Assembly: GCF_006345805.1 (NCBI RefSeq)
Contig: NC_043016.1
Coordinates: forward strand, 30,814,001 to 30,878,000
From: Octopus sinensis
Lineage: Eukaryota
Direction: 5' to 3'
DNA length: 64,000 nucleotides
A program made the position numbers and the translations under genes. This document shows positions 24,307 through 37,100 of this stretch, piece after piece. Within the stretch, counting starts at the first letter, position 1; every line of letters begins with the position of its first letter. The notes under the pieces are model-generated. The model worked only from the letters and a program-made list of their open reading frames with translations. It made no database searches and was not told the DNA's origin.

Positions 24307-26880
24307 TATATTGAACGATTACATGGGATATCCCTCATTAGTTTTATGGAAAATGGTAAATTTAAGTGATAAGAAACACAAACTAATAATTGATGGTTGT
24401 TGTTTAACCACAGGTGAGTTCTGAATGAGCAAAGCCATGAATATCTTGTCTTTATTTCAAGCAGTGTATCTAGATTTATGATGTCCATTTCTGAAACAAT
24501 AGGTTATGATGTAGTGAACAACTGTGTTGAAGCTACCTTCTTGGCAACTGATGGTAACTGGTGTAAGAAGAAAATTATTAGTATCAAAGTCCACCTCTGT
24601 GAATTTGAACTGACCCAACAAATTATTATGTATTTTAAAGTACAACATGAAAAGGTTATGCAAGTAAAGTCCTTTCTTTCCTGGGGCTGCAACACTCTGG
24701 AATTCTCTCTACATTCATGCTTTTGCTGAAAATATTATAATCTAAAAATCTTCAAGCTAAGCATCAACCTTACCAGCCTGATGGAGGAGTGACATTGTAC
24801 TTCCTTCCCTGACTAACTTATAAAAAGATTTTTTTTTAATTTTTACCTATAAAGGTATAAGAAATAGGAGTTGTAAAATGATAATAGTAGTGATATTGTA
24901 TGCATCTGTGTTCTGTTTGTAGATAAATTTTTATTACATGCGTACATCAAAATGGAAATTAAATTTATACTTTATGTACCAGTTATACAAGTAGATAAGT
25001 CGCAGATTTTTTCTCATGAAAACAAGCATGAAAAACTGCATTCATCTGGTCTACTGAACTTTGTTCTGGTCTTGGAATTTACAGCCCACACTAACCCAGA
25101 CTGATATGCCCCCACATACAAACATGTGTGTATATAAAGGATACATTGTGTAATATTGTTCTAATGCCAGTAAAAGAAAAAAATCCAAGAGTGGAATGTT
25201 TTTGATCATATGTGTACCTGATCAAGACAAAAATACGCTTATCTAAATCAAAAGAAATTAAAGAAGTTAGCACTAAGCAATACAGTATAAGCTATTCACA
25301 TCAATTCCTGCAACTTGTACTGCTAACAACATTAGAAAGGACTGTGCTGCCAAAGCACCTGAAACAATGAAATCTTCCTTTGTCTAGAGGCTGATGGAGA
25401 TGAAGAATAGCTTTGTGTATCTTGTAGGTTTTATGATAATGCATGTGTGTGTGTGTATGTATTTATGTATTGGATGGTGCTGATACTGCTGACATAGAAC
25501 TTGGACTGATTTGTATTGAGTCATGAACCAACACACCCAAACCGTCCATCCATAGATACACTGACTCATAACACTGCACTTTCTCTACCTACTACAGTGG
25601 CCTCTGATTCTCAAAGCTGACTGATTTTCTACCACTTTTTCACTGTCTAAATATCTCCTGCACCTCTTACCACCCGTAATTGTGTCTTGGCAGTGGGGTA
25701 AAAAGTTTCCTTCCCACATAGTTCCGGGTTCAGCCACACTATGTTGCACCTTGAGCAAATGTCTTCGATTATAGCCCTAGACTGACCAAAGCTTTTTGAG
25801 TGGATTTGGTAGAAGGAAACTGAATGAAGCCCACAGTGTGTGTGTGTGTGTTTCTTTGTGTTTGTCCCCCACCACTATCATGCAATTGGTGTTGGTTTGT
25901 TTACATCCATGTAACTTACTAATTTTGCATAATAGACCAGTAGCATAAGTACCAGGCTTGGAATCAAACCTTGCTGCTTACTCACATGTAGTTTTAGATG
26001 GATCTGCTCTCACTACAGTTTCCATCTCATCATTATCCACCTTGGTCTCAGGTCTACCATGAGGCTGATTTTCAAGAGTAAAGTCACCAGACCAGAACTT
26101 CTCAAACCATCAACGTTCAGTAGACTCATTCACCACATCTTCACCAAACACCTCATTGATGTGTCAAGCTCATCTGGGTTGCATTGGTTCCATGATGGAA
26201 CTTATATTCATAAACAACGCAAATTTTTTTTATCTATCCATGGGTTTAGAAAAATTGATTTACAAGAGAAAACTCACAATATAATCAGACATCAAGAATT
26301 ACATTTCAAAAAGTGATGATGTAACTCTTCGGTTTTGTAAAACAAAGTATTGTCAGGATAAAACAGTAAAAATTAACGTCTGTCAAACTTGATGCATAAG
26401 AAAATCAGACATTTCATTCTTAATGACCATATATATATATGTACACACACACACACACACACAAATATGAATAAGTATGTACATGTATTTATATATTTAT
26501 ATGCTTGCATCCACTTTCTGTTTCCTCCTTATACATGTGTTTGTGTATGTGCATGTGTATATAGGTAGCTGAATAGATATAGACAAACAAACATATAAGA
26601 ATATATTTAAAAACAAATCTGAATGTATTACCAGCGGTTCTTTTGAAGGCATTATGTTCACATGATGTATCATGAGTAAATCAGCTTGGTGGGGACTCAT
26701 CCTGCCCTTGATACTGAATACAATTATAAATCCTATTACTCTACAGAAACTCCTCGTGCGCATACACATACACACACATGTACATATGAATGTTTGCATC
26801 TGCTTGTCCAATTATTCTCTTTTTTTCTATTTCCTATCATTCCTGCTGGCTACTTGTTTCTCTCTCAGTTTCTCTTTCCG

Positions 26881-26920
<40 letters not shown>

Positions 26921-26967
26921 CCTTTCTCTCTCTTTCATTTGTTCTTTTCTAATCTCTTGTGTTTTAG

Positions 26968-27406
26968 GCCAAAGATTCACAAGGCCAAATTGGTTTCATT
27001 CCCGAAAGTTACGTTCGTTTCTTAGAAGATGGTGAGCAACCCAGTATGCAACCTACCACAACAGCATCAATGGAGACATACGATCCATCTAGTAGTCTGG
27101 ATATGCCATCAATGTCTTCACCCCCTCATGCAGCTCTTTCCACTCCTGACCTGCCGCCAGCACCCGACATACCTCCAGCTACTGACTTGACTGCTGAAGA
27201 AATCAGAGCTGCTGGGCAAGACAACAATGATATGCCGCCACCCCCAGACTTTACAATGACAAACCATATGGAACCACCAAGTGATGTTTCTCATTACGAT
27301 GTGGCATCTTCATTTTCCTCTGGAGACCTTGAAGTACAGCAAGCAACTGCCCAAACTACCTCAGAGATACCTGCTGTTCCAAACCTTCCACTGATTCCTA
27401 ATGACG
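26968..27406 (+). CDS. FCHSD2: FCHSD2-like exon H, phase 0-1; end of SH3a (AKDSQGQIGFIPESYVRF) plus Pro-rich inter-SH3 linker
   Basis: cttgtgttttag acceptor, G|gtatgt donor; GxIPxxYV SH3 motif; 439 nt open. Confidence 0.93.
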
Positions 27407-27497
27407 GTATGTACCCTTCTTGGAATATTTTTCTCCATTTTATTTTTATTGAGATTACACAAAATTTCAGTTGACATTTATTCTGGTACATACACAG

Positions 27498-27530
<33 letters not shown>

Positions 27531-27880
27531 TTATTTATTTGATACTGAGACTGCCTTCCGTTGCCACTCAGAGTTTGTTCCATAAGTTGTGTTGATAAGC
27601 AGAAATGTAAAAACACTCAGATGAAAGTATTTAAAGATAGGACAAGAGGGGGAAACACATGGGACAGAGATTCACTGAAGACATCACAGAATCTGTGACA
27701 AAAAAACTTTGACAGACAAATAAACTAAAAATAATGTGTATAAAATATAAAGTGAAGATCAAATAAATAATGCTAGTGTTTGATTGGGGGAAAATGACCA
27801 TCCCCCAAGTATAACAATATCTGTTTCAACACACATCAACACACAATTTCAAATCAAGAATCCTGCAAAACAAATACATA

Positions 27881-27920
<40 letters not shown>

Positions 27921-27923
<3 letters not shown>

Positions 27924-28310
27924 TCATCATCGTTTAATGTCTGTTTTCCATGCTAGCACAGGTTGGACGGTTCGATCGGGGTCTGGGAAGCCAGGAGGCT
28001 GCACCAGGCTCCAGTCTGATCTGGCAGTGTTTCTACAGCTGGATGCCCTTCCTAACGCCAACCACTCCGTGAGTGTAGTGGGTGCTTTTTACGTGCCACT
28101 GGCACAGGTGTCAGGGGGAGGCTGGCAACAGCCACAATCTACTGGTGGGTTTTGTGTGCCACCGGCACGGAAGCCAGTCAAGGCGGCGCTGGCATCGACC
28201 ACGTTCGGATGGTGCTTTTTACATGCCACCTGCACGGGTATCACAACTACAATTTCCATTTGATTTTTTGATGTTGATGTACTTGACTCAATAGGTCTCC
28301 TCAAGCACAG
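27921..28310 (-). mobile_element. Family D (RTE 3' UTR) copy; others at ~7285-7450, 32015-32630, 41310-41520, 48590-48980, 51685-52010 (-) and 17620-17880, 54610-54890 (+)
   Basis: (CAT)n tail and ctggatgcccttcctaacgccaacca core. Confidence 0.75.
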
Positions 28311-29385
28311 TAGGTTGCCCTACAATCCAAGGTAAGCATAGCAGGCCATCCTGTGATCCAAAGCACTTTGGTTGGGTTGGGGCTTCTATGTAAAGCTGGT
28401 GCAGGAAACAGCTAGGAACTCACGTTATTTGTCAGGTCTTTGGAGTGACAGCATATCTCCATATATCGTTTGTGAAAAACAAATCTGAAAGAAGGAGCAC
28501 TTTAAGATGTGGAGCAGTATATATAAAAAATAGGAAAGGCCGGTTTATGGGATTACTGTAGATTTCCTGTCCTTAAAGGGTTTCTCCATATTTTCAAGAG
28601 GTCATGGGCCAACAGGTTTTGGGGATCTGACGATACACCATAAAGCTAAACCCTTTATGGACAAGAAACCTAAGGTAATACCATAAGCTGGCCTTCCCCA
28701 TTTTTAATACAAACACACATTTTTAAAATCAGAACATTACAAAAGTAACTTAAACAAGTGTTTTATGCATGGTACTTATCAAAGTTTGATAAACACCATT
28801 CACTTTCTGTTGATTAAAAAGAAATATAACATGAGTATATGATACTTATGTATTGAGTTCTGTTTCTCCTATTTGTTCTAGAGAAGTCACACACAGAAAT
28901 GTGTGTCTAGTTTTTACTTTGCTCATATATTGTTTACATTGTGGATATTTATTGATGATTGATGACTACAATTTATTTTAGTCATAAAATAATATAAAAA
29001 AATATATTTGTATATTACTATTGTATACTTATATAATTGCAAATTTCTGAATGTATGTATTTGTTAAAGGTAAGCAGAAGCCATACAATCTTAAGTAGCA
29101 ATGAAAGCAATCAGTTTGATTCTCACCCTAAGTTGTCAAGGAAGTTCTCATATTGCCTAACATCTGCATATGAAGCTGACTCATCATAATCATATATTAA
29201 ATATACTTCCTGAGTTGATTTTTTTTTTTCTATTCTAAATGTATAAAAACATTTGAAACTAAAAAATATTTAGAAAAGAACTAAATAAAAACGAACTTCT
29301 TTGAGAAATTTTTAGTTTTAATCTTTCAAACTCTGAGTATTCACAAATGTTAATAAACATATTTATTTTCAAATTTTGCATACAG

Positions 29386-29588
29386 GTGAAATTTGGGCTA
29401 GAGCTCTTTATGATTATGAGGGAAATACAGATGATGAACTATCCTTTACTGAGGGTACATATATTAGAATAATTAGAAAAGATGAAAACGGCATTGATGA
29501 CGGATTCTGGCAGGGGGAAATTGAAGGAGAGATTGGAGTTTTCCCTTCCCTAGTTGTGGAAGAATTAGTTGAAAATGGTGAACCAGAA
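29386..29588 (+). CDS. FCHSD2: FCHSD2-like exon I, phase 1-0; SH3b (WARALYDYEGNTDDELSFTEG...DDGFWQGE...GVFPSLVVEEL)
   Basis: ttttgcatacag acceptor, GAA|gtaagc donor; closely matches FCHSD2 second SH3 as recalled. Confidence 0.96.
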
Positions 29589-29672
29589 GTAAGCAAATTT
29601 CTATCATTTTTATTGGAAATATGTGTTTGTGTATGTATGTGTGTGTGTGTGTGTGTGGTGTGTGTGTGTGTC

Positions 29673-29717
<45 letters not shown>

Positions 29718-31081
29718 AAAGTTTATATATATATATATATAACGAAGTTTATATATATAAACAAATATATAAACAAAGTTATTTTATTTCACATGGCTAA
29801 AAATATAAGAAAAAAAGAAGTTGAAAAGGCACTGAAAATATTTAAAATATTTTTTATTATTATATTTAAAGATATTACTAGTTTCACATACACTGTGATT
29901 TTCAAAAATTTGAAATAGAAAAATGTAGCTTATGTCGCAGCTGTTTTGCCCCTGGCTAGTGTTTGAAGATTATATATATATATTATATATTTATATTTGT
30001 GTGTGCGTGCATATATGCATGTGGCTTCAATTGATTTTTTTATTAAAAATCTTCTATCCTGTAGTTGTATTAGTGTTATTGTTTTTTTTCCTTTTCTTTC
30101 TTTCTTTTTTTTTTTGCTGTTTTTAATTTTACCTTGCTTAAATAAAATGAAAATTGTTGATATTACCATATACAACCTCTGATGTCTGTGATAAAATGTT
30201 GAAACATTAAGATAGCTCTAAGATCAATAATCTTAATAAATGAATTTATACTCTACATTTAAAATATAGCCAGTCTTTTATTGAACTTTGGTCTAAGTTA
30301 TTGATGGGAAATATGCAATAATAATAATAATGGGTTCAAATTTTGGCACAGGGCCAGCAAGTTTGGTGGTGGGAGTAAGTCAGTTACATTGACCCCATTA
30401 TTCAACTGGTACTTATTTTACCAACTCTGAAAGGCTAAGTCGGCCTCCATGCAATTTGAACTCAGAATGTAAAGACAGACAAAATGCTACAAAACATTTT
30501 CCCCGGCATGCCAACAATTCTGCCAACATCCTAATAATAATAATAATCCTTTCTACTAAAGGCACAAGGCCTGAAATTTTGGGGGAAGGGACGAGTCAAT
30601 TACATTGATCCCAGTGTTTCACTGGTACTTAATTTATCAACTCCAAAAGGATGAAAGGCAAAGTCAACTTTGGCAGAATTTGAACTCAGAACATAAAGAC
30701 AGGCAAAATATTGCTAAGCATTTTGCCCATTGTGCTAACAATTCTGCCCACTCACTGCCCTAATGATGATGATAATAATAATAGCAATTAAAACAGATTT
30801 TTAACAACTGTTGCTCCAAGTTTGTCATTACCACTTTACAATATGGCTGAAATACTTTTTAGAATTGCAGGCTTATGCTATTGAGAGAAAATTTTCCTGA
30901 TATTTTATACTAAGTCTTTTGTTTGAAAAAGAGGAAAATTGTTTTACTTCCAACAAACAACGCAAAAAAAAAGCTTACTTTTTTTCTCTGATAAATGACT
31001 TGGTCCTATATATCGAGAAAAATTATCATAACAGCAATTGAAATTTGAAAAAAAATACTTTATACTTTAGTTTTATATATA

Positions 31082-31467
31082 TACTAGCAGTATCGCCTGG
31101 CATTGCTCAGGTTTGTTTCGACCCTTTAGAATTGGAATTTTTGAAAAGTAAAAATTTTGCATTATGTAGCTTGTTATTCTCTTTAAGTGAACATTTTTCT
31201 GGTTGAAATACACCAAAAAATGGCGACACAGCAGTAAAAAAATCGTAAAAAATAGGGCTTTTCATAGAAAAAAAGCACCCTTTTGATGTAAATAATTTTT
31301 GGTGTTAACATGGTCTGATTTTAATTTTTTCTTTTACGGAAGAAAGAACAAACTTTCATACTCTCAGTTTTGGTCAACTTGCGCCACAGGGTCTCAGAGG
31401 AGACAGTGTTAGTTGAAGGCTACCAAACCTGCCATACACAGACAACTTCAGCTATATATATAGAGAT
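31082..31467 (+). mobile_element. Helitron/Helentron-type non-autonomous element (Lep1/HINE-like)
   Basis: TACTAG start followed by subterminal hairpin (cctggcattgctcagg); ends ...cagacaacttcagctatatatatagagat. Confidence 0.55.
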
Positions 31468-33249
31468 GTGATATGTTCACATTGATTTTGTAATTGTACA
31501 ACAAAATTCATGCATGCAAAAATATTCTGAAATTAATATCAACTATTCCTTACTGGAGATTTCATTTAGAAAAATATTTTATAAATCTTCTTAGGTTGTT
31601 GCTTAATTTCTAGTCAACTTTGATTGAGCAAAGCTATAACTGAAAGTGTTACAACCTCGACTACCCCAACTTTTTAGGGGTATCTAAAATTATCTATAAT
31701 AATTATTTAATTATTATTTAATGTGTATTCCTTCTTTTAAGAAAATGTAGGTATGATTTGAGATTGTTGTGACTGATATTTCTTCTAAATCAAGTTGCCC
31801 CATAAATATAATATTATTTAGCTCAAAAAGGCTCACAGTTTATGGATACTCATATGCAACAGCCATATTTATTTTTTTTTTTTTTTACCATTATTTTAGA
31901 CATATTTTTCCTTGAAGACTTTTTATCTCTTGGTCCAGTATATCATGAGAAATTCTTCTCATAACAGCAAATGAATATGAACTTAAAAATTTACTTCTGT
32001 ATTTCATATTGAACATCATCATCATCATCCTTTAATGTCCATTTTCCATACTGGCATGGGTTGGGTGATTTGACTGAAACTGAAGCTGAGTTTCCAATTT
32101 GATTTTGGCTTGGTTTCTACAGCTGGATGCCCTTCCTAGTGCCAACCACTTTATAGTGTGTGCTGAGTGCTAGAGGTGGCAAGCTGGAGAGCTGCACCAG
32201 GTTCAAGGGTGATTTGGCTTGGTTTCTACAGCTGGATGCCCTTCCTAGTGCCAACCACTTTATAGTGTGTGCTGAGTGCTAGAGGTGGCAAGCTGGAGAG
32301 CTGCACCAGGTTCCAGTCTGATTTGGCTTGGTTTCTACAGCTGAATGTCCTTCCTAATGCCAACCAATCCAAGAGTGTAGTGGGTGCATTTTATGTGTCA
32401 TTGGCACAGATGCCAGTTACAAAACATCAGCATCGACCACAACTTTGATCTCACTTGACTTGACAGGTTTTCTAAAGCACAGTATATTGCCAAAGATCTC
32501 GGTTACTTGTCATTGCCTCCGTGAGGCCCAATATTTGAATAGTACTTTTTATATGCCACTTACATAACACTGACATCAGCCATGACTACAGTTTCACTTG
32601 GCTTGACAGGTTTTCTCAAGCACAGCATAAACATGTTAATTTAAAAGTATTTATAATTAATGATTTTAATTAAATCCTTTAGAATACTACATAATATTGC
32701 TTGCAAAATATTTGCTTTTGCTGCAATATAAACACCATACTCCCAAAAATCAAATTAACTTTCCACAGAATTAAATTGTTAATTTTTATCTTAAAGTTGT
32801 CTCCCCTGCCTTTTTTATCAGAATTATCATTAAGGTTAATAACTTTTTCTCTCTGCTCACTTAACAGTGTGTAATAATTTTTGTTAAATTTCTTTGGTTT
32901 CTAACTACATTAAGTATATTGATGCACACTTTAGTACTTGCATTTCATGCAGTTGGTGTTTCCATGTATTTGTTGCCTTTGCCATTTTTCTAACATTTTT
33001 ACCCTCATTTACCATGCAACTTTGGTTGTATGATTGTAATCTCAAATATATGTATACATATAGGCAGTTGTTTGAAGATATATATATATATATTTATTAT
33101 ATATATATATATATATATATATTTATTATTTATTTATTTATATATATCTATTTATTTATATATATATATTATAATAATATTAGGAAATAAATCCAAATTT
33201 ACAGGGAAAAATCAGATTTAGGATTGAATCCAATTTTATAGTAAAATAT

Positions 33250-33624
33250 AATATAATATTAATTAGAGACAAAACCACTATTATGCAAATCAAACAAAGA
33301 AAGACTTAATCCAATACATAAAAAATTTTATATAAATTAAATAAAATTAAGTTATCCACTACAATTGTTTCCTGTCACTTCTAAGGACATTCATCAGGTG
33401 GTTTCAAGACCTTCTATTCAATTTTAAATAATGAAGACTTCATTATTTAAAATTGAATAGAAGGTCTTGAAACCACCTGATGAATGTCCTTAGAAGTGAC
33501 AGGAAACAATTGTAGTGGATAACTTAATTTTATTTAATTTATATAAAATTTTTTATGTATTGGATTAAGTCTTTCTTTGTTTGATTTGCATAATAGTGGT
33601 TTTGTCTCTAATTAATATTATATT
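33250..33624. repeat. Perfect palindrome, 187-bp arms, 1-nt spacer (33437); Penelope-like pseudo-LTR architecture
   Basis: Arms compared base by base with no mismatch found; left arm continues unpaired to ~33178; TA-rich flanks. Confidence 0.95.
33473..33518 (+). ncRNA. Minimal type I hammerhead ribozyme motif (mirror copy on - strand at 33356-33401)
   Basis: ccac-CTGATGA-A-TGTC-loop-GACA-G-GAAAC-AATT-GTA-gtgg: stems I, II, III can form; GUA cleavage triplet; A.G at 10.1/11.1 is non-canonical. Confidence 0.7.
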
Positions 33625-33719
33625 TATTTATATATATGTTTATGTATGTGTGTGTCTTAATCTTTTGTTATTTTTTTTTTTTCCCTATTATTATTTAATA
33701 TTATTTCTCTTGTTTGAAG

Positions 33720-33739
33720 GAAAGTCTTGAAACTTCCGG
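33720..33739 (+). CDS. FCHSD2: Candidate 20-nt microexon (ESLETS+GG), phase 0-2
   Basis: Long pyrimidine tract ending tttctcttgtttgaag; GG|gtaagg donor; phase 0 start fits exon I. Confidence 0.55.
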
Positions 33740-34124
33740 GTAAGGTTTAAAATTCAAACAAAAGGTCTTTTGGTGCAGCATTGCTTCTTCATTAACATTG
33801 CTTTCTTAGTGAATATTAACAAAAAAATATTTATAACAATAACATGTCAGTGAAATATGTTCTATGGAAATTATTTAAAAGCAAGTAACAACAGCAGCTA
33901 AATAGCTTTGCAGGTGGTGTGAGATTTAATCAAAGCATGTTTATTTTCATTCTCTTTTCTCTTATTAATTTATTTTTTGTTTTGTTTTTTGTTTTTTTCT
34001 TATTCCTGCTTTATTTATTTTGTTCAAAAGTATCATTGCTTAAATAAGAAACAAAATTTGGTTTTTATAATTATTATTTATGCTTTGAGGTATGGGATAA
34101 GATCATCTAATAACATTGTTCCAG

Positions 34125-34161
34125 ATCAGATTCTGCATGTAGTGGTGTCACTCACTTCTAA
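34125..34161 (+). CDS. FCHSD2: Candidate alternative terminal exon, phase 2, (G)SDSACSGVTHF*
   Basis: ctaat branch-like motif + attgttccag acceptor; completes the 33720 microexon frame; followed by U-rich, TE-poor UTR-like sequence. Confidence 0.4.
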
Positions 34162-37100
34162 CTAAATGGTAGACTTAAACTTTTGCCCAGTTTGACGCCA
34201 ATCATCTAGACTTTGGGAAACTTTAGTAGACACCATATCATACTGCTGTATTTATTTTGATCCCAGTTTCTGAGTGGAGGATATCTCATTTGTTCCTTTG
34301 TTTTTGCTCTTACACAATTTTGTTTTTATTAATTTCTTTTAATTCCTGGAAACATCTCACTTAATATATAGAGCCAATGAAAATGTGAAAGTATAAACAT
34401 CACTAACTACTGTAAAAAAAAAAGTACGTTCTATAGTAGCATTTTAAAAGAAAGGTAAAATAGTTATTTTAATTTATGAATTTCTTTTTTTATTGTTCAT
34501 ATTTATGTATAGAAATTGAATTTCAAATATCAGACTTGAAAAATTGACTGGATATTGAATAACTAAATGGACTAAAGAGCCTAAATTGAACATCCACAAC
34601 TGTTGGCAGAAGTTCTACTAATTGAAGAATTTGTCCAATTCATGTAAAAATCCCCTCCCCTATAGAAGAGTGCAACACATTTTAATAGGCTTGTCAATAT
34701 CTTTTCCTCTTGCTGTTTCCCAATGAAGCTTTCATGCTAAAAGTTTGGTTAAAGAGTCTGATTTGAATATTTTAATATAGTTACACATGTTTTGCATCGG
34801 TTTATTTATATACACATATGAGGTAGGGTCCTGTAACAGGTTTCCTAAACTTTAAGTTGGGTGAGGTTGAATGAAACTATTTTAGATAATAATAATAATA
34901 ATATGTGCGTGTGCATATAAATATATATATATATAAGATTCAGTTGAATTAGGTACTTAAATTGAGGCACCAAGTCAGTCCGGTATAGTACGCACAGCTC
35001 CAAGTAAGGTGAATAGAATGTAAATAAATAACAAGGATGTCCAGGCATCAATACATTACAAGCATTTCAAGTGGCTCCATTTTACATCAATTTTAAAGAA
35101 AACACTCGACTCAGAAGTAGATGACCATATAGATTTCCAACATAAAGGATAAATCATTTTTAACAAATTTATATCAGTACTAGAAACGTATTTTTAGTGC
35201 TCAAAGTTGATTTTTATTGTCCTCTACTTTTCTCACTCCTGCCTTTACATCATAACTCCAGGATCATTTGGTTTGATACTAAAATTAACACCCTCACTCA
35301 TTACTCTATCTCAGTGTGTCTCTTTTGCAAATATACTTATCTCACATCTTAATCAAAATCATCTTTTATTTCATTAATCACTATTTAATGTCTTAATATT
35401 ATTTTAATTTGTTTACTGATTAATCATTGGAATGTGTCTATAAAAAGAACATCATTTACAAGGATTTTAGGCAATTATATCCAGAAACACACCTTTCTAT
35501 TTTATCAACCTTGATATGAACTAAGACGAAGTAGATCTGGACAAAAAAAGACAAAGTTATAACATAAAAGGACAGAACTAAATACCACAAGAGATTTTTG
35601 TTTGATGCATCAATTATGTCATCCCCTGTCTCTATATATAAGTGTGAGGCACATGACTCAGTGGTTAGAGCATTGGACTCACAATCATGAGGTAGTGAGT
35701 TCAATTCTTGGACCAGGTTGTGTGTTGTGTTCTTGGGCAAGGCACTTTATTTCACAGTGCTCCAGTTCACTCAGCTGTAGAAATGAGTTGTAACATTACT
35801 GGTGCCAAGCTGTATTGACCTTTGCCTTTCCTTTGGATAACATTGGTGGCAAGGAGAGGAGAGGCCAGTATGCCTGGGTGGCAGTTGGTCTTCCATAAAC
35901 AACCTTGCCTGGACCTGTGCCTTGAAGGGTAACTTTTTCGGTGCAATTCCATGGTCATTCATGACCAAAGAGGGTCTTTACCCTATACATATACGTGTGC
36001 ATCTAGCTGATTTCTGCAATTTCCACCTTCCAAATTTCACTTCCAAGGCTTTGGTCAACCCAAAGCTTAATCTAGAAGGCACCTGCCCAAGATGCCTGCT
36101 TAGGGATTGAACCTAAAAAAAAACATATAATTGTAAGGTGAACTTAACTTCTTAAAAACACAGTTGTATCTAGAACCATTCATAGAGTAAATCAAAAGTC
36201 AACATGAATCCCAATCAAGTAACAAAGTACATTTTGTTTCATTTTTCTTTTTATATTTTGTTTTCCAGTACACTTTTTTTTTTTACTGTTTTATTTTTGT
36301 GCTTTTTCTTCATTTTTATTTTAGACGTTTTTTTTTTCAATTTTTCTCATTTTACATTGTTGAAAAATCAAGCAAATCCTATTTCATTTTGGATGTTTAA
36401 TTGACTGGTTAAGGTTTCAATGTTAACTGAAAGCAAATTTTCACTGAATTTACTTGGCAGAAATGTTCAGGTTTATGAGTCACCATCAATGTTCACTTGT
36501 CTACTTTCTGAATATAGTTTTCTCATCCAGTTCTGTGACTCTGGACTAATTAAATCTGCTGTATATGCTACATCTATTTAGTTTCATGGGCTTTTGCCGA
36601 ATGTTCAGGAGACAAGACCAGCAGTCAATAATTCTGAAAGAAAATGCTTAGCAACTACACAACTACTATAAACTTTATATTCAAAGTCATAATTCCTATA
36701 CAATATTTAGTTAATGATCACCAATTATAAGATATATTTTTGTTCTGGCCTTAAATATTATTCAGACTTAGATATTACTCGCAACTAGAACTCAATGGAA
36801 GAATCATAAATAATATTTAACTGATCAGTCAATTAATTAGTAGCTCTAAAGGAGAATTTAGAAAAGAAAATGGAAAATATTTCTCATCGTTGTTCAATCA
36901 ACCTTCTAGAAATAGCAGCAATATCTGTCATATCATACTCTGTCTTAAAAGGGAAGAACACACTAGATAATGTAAACTTAAACAACCTCTAAAGATGACA
37001 GAGTGGTCATGGCTGGAATGCCTTTATTCATAGTTCTGCTCATTTAGAATTTGTCTAGAAGTAAACTAAAACACTTGTTTCATGTTCAATTGTGGAGAAT

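Noticed and set aside
29376-29918. 180-aa ORF
   Set aside because: SH3b exon ends at the 29588 donor; the remainder is microsatellite read-through.
36414-36580. ~55-codon open stretch ending ...YATSI*
   Set aside because: Weak acceptor, no homology recognised; within chance expectation.
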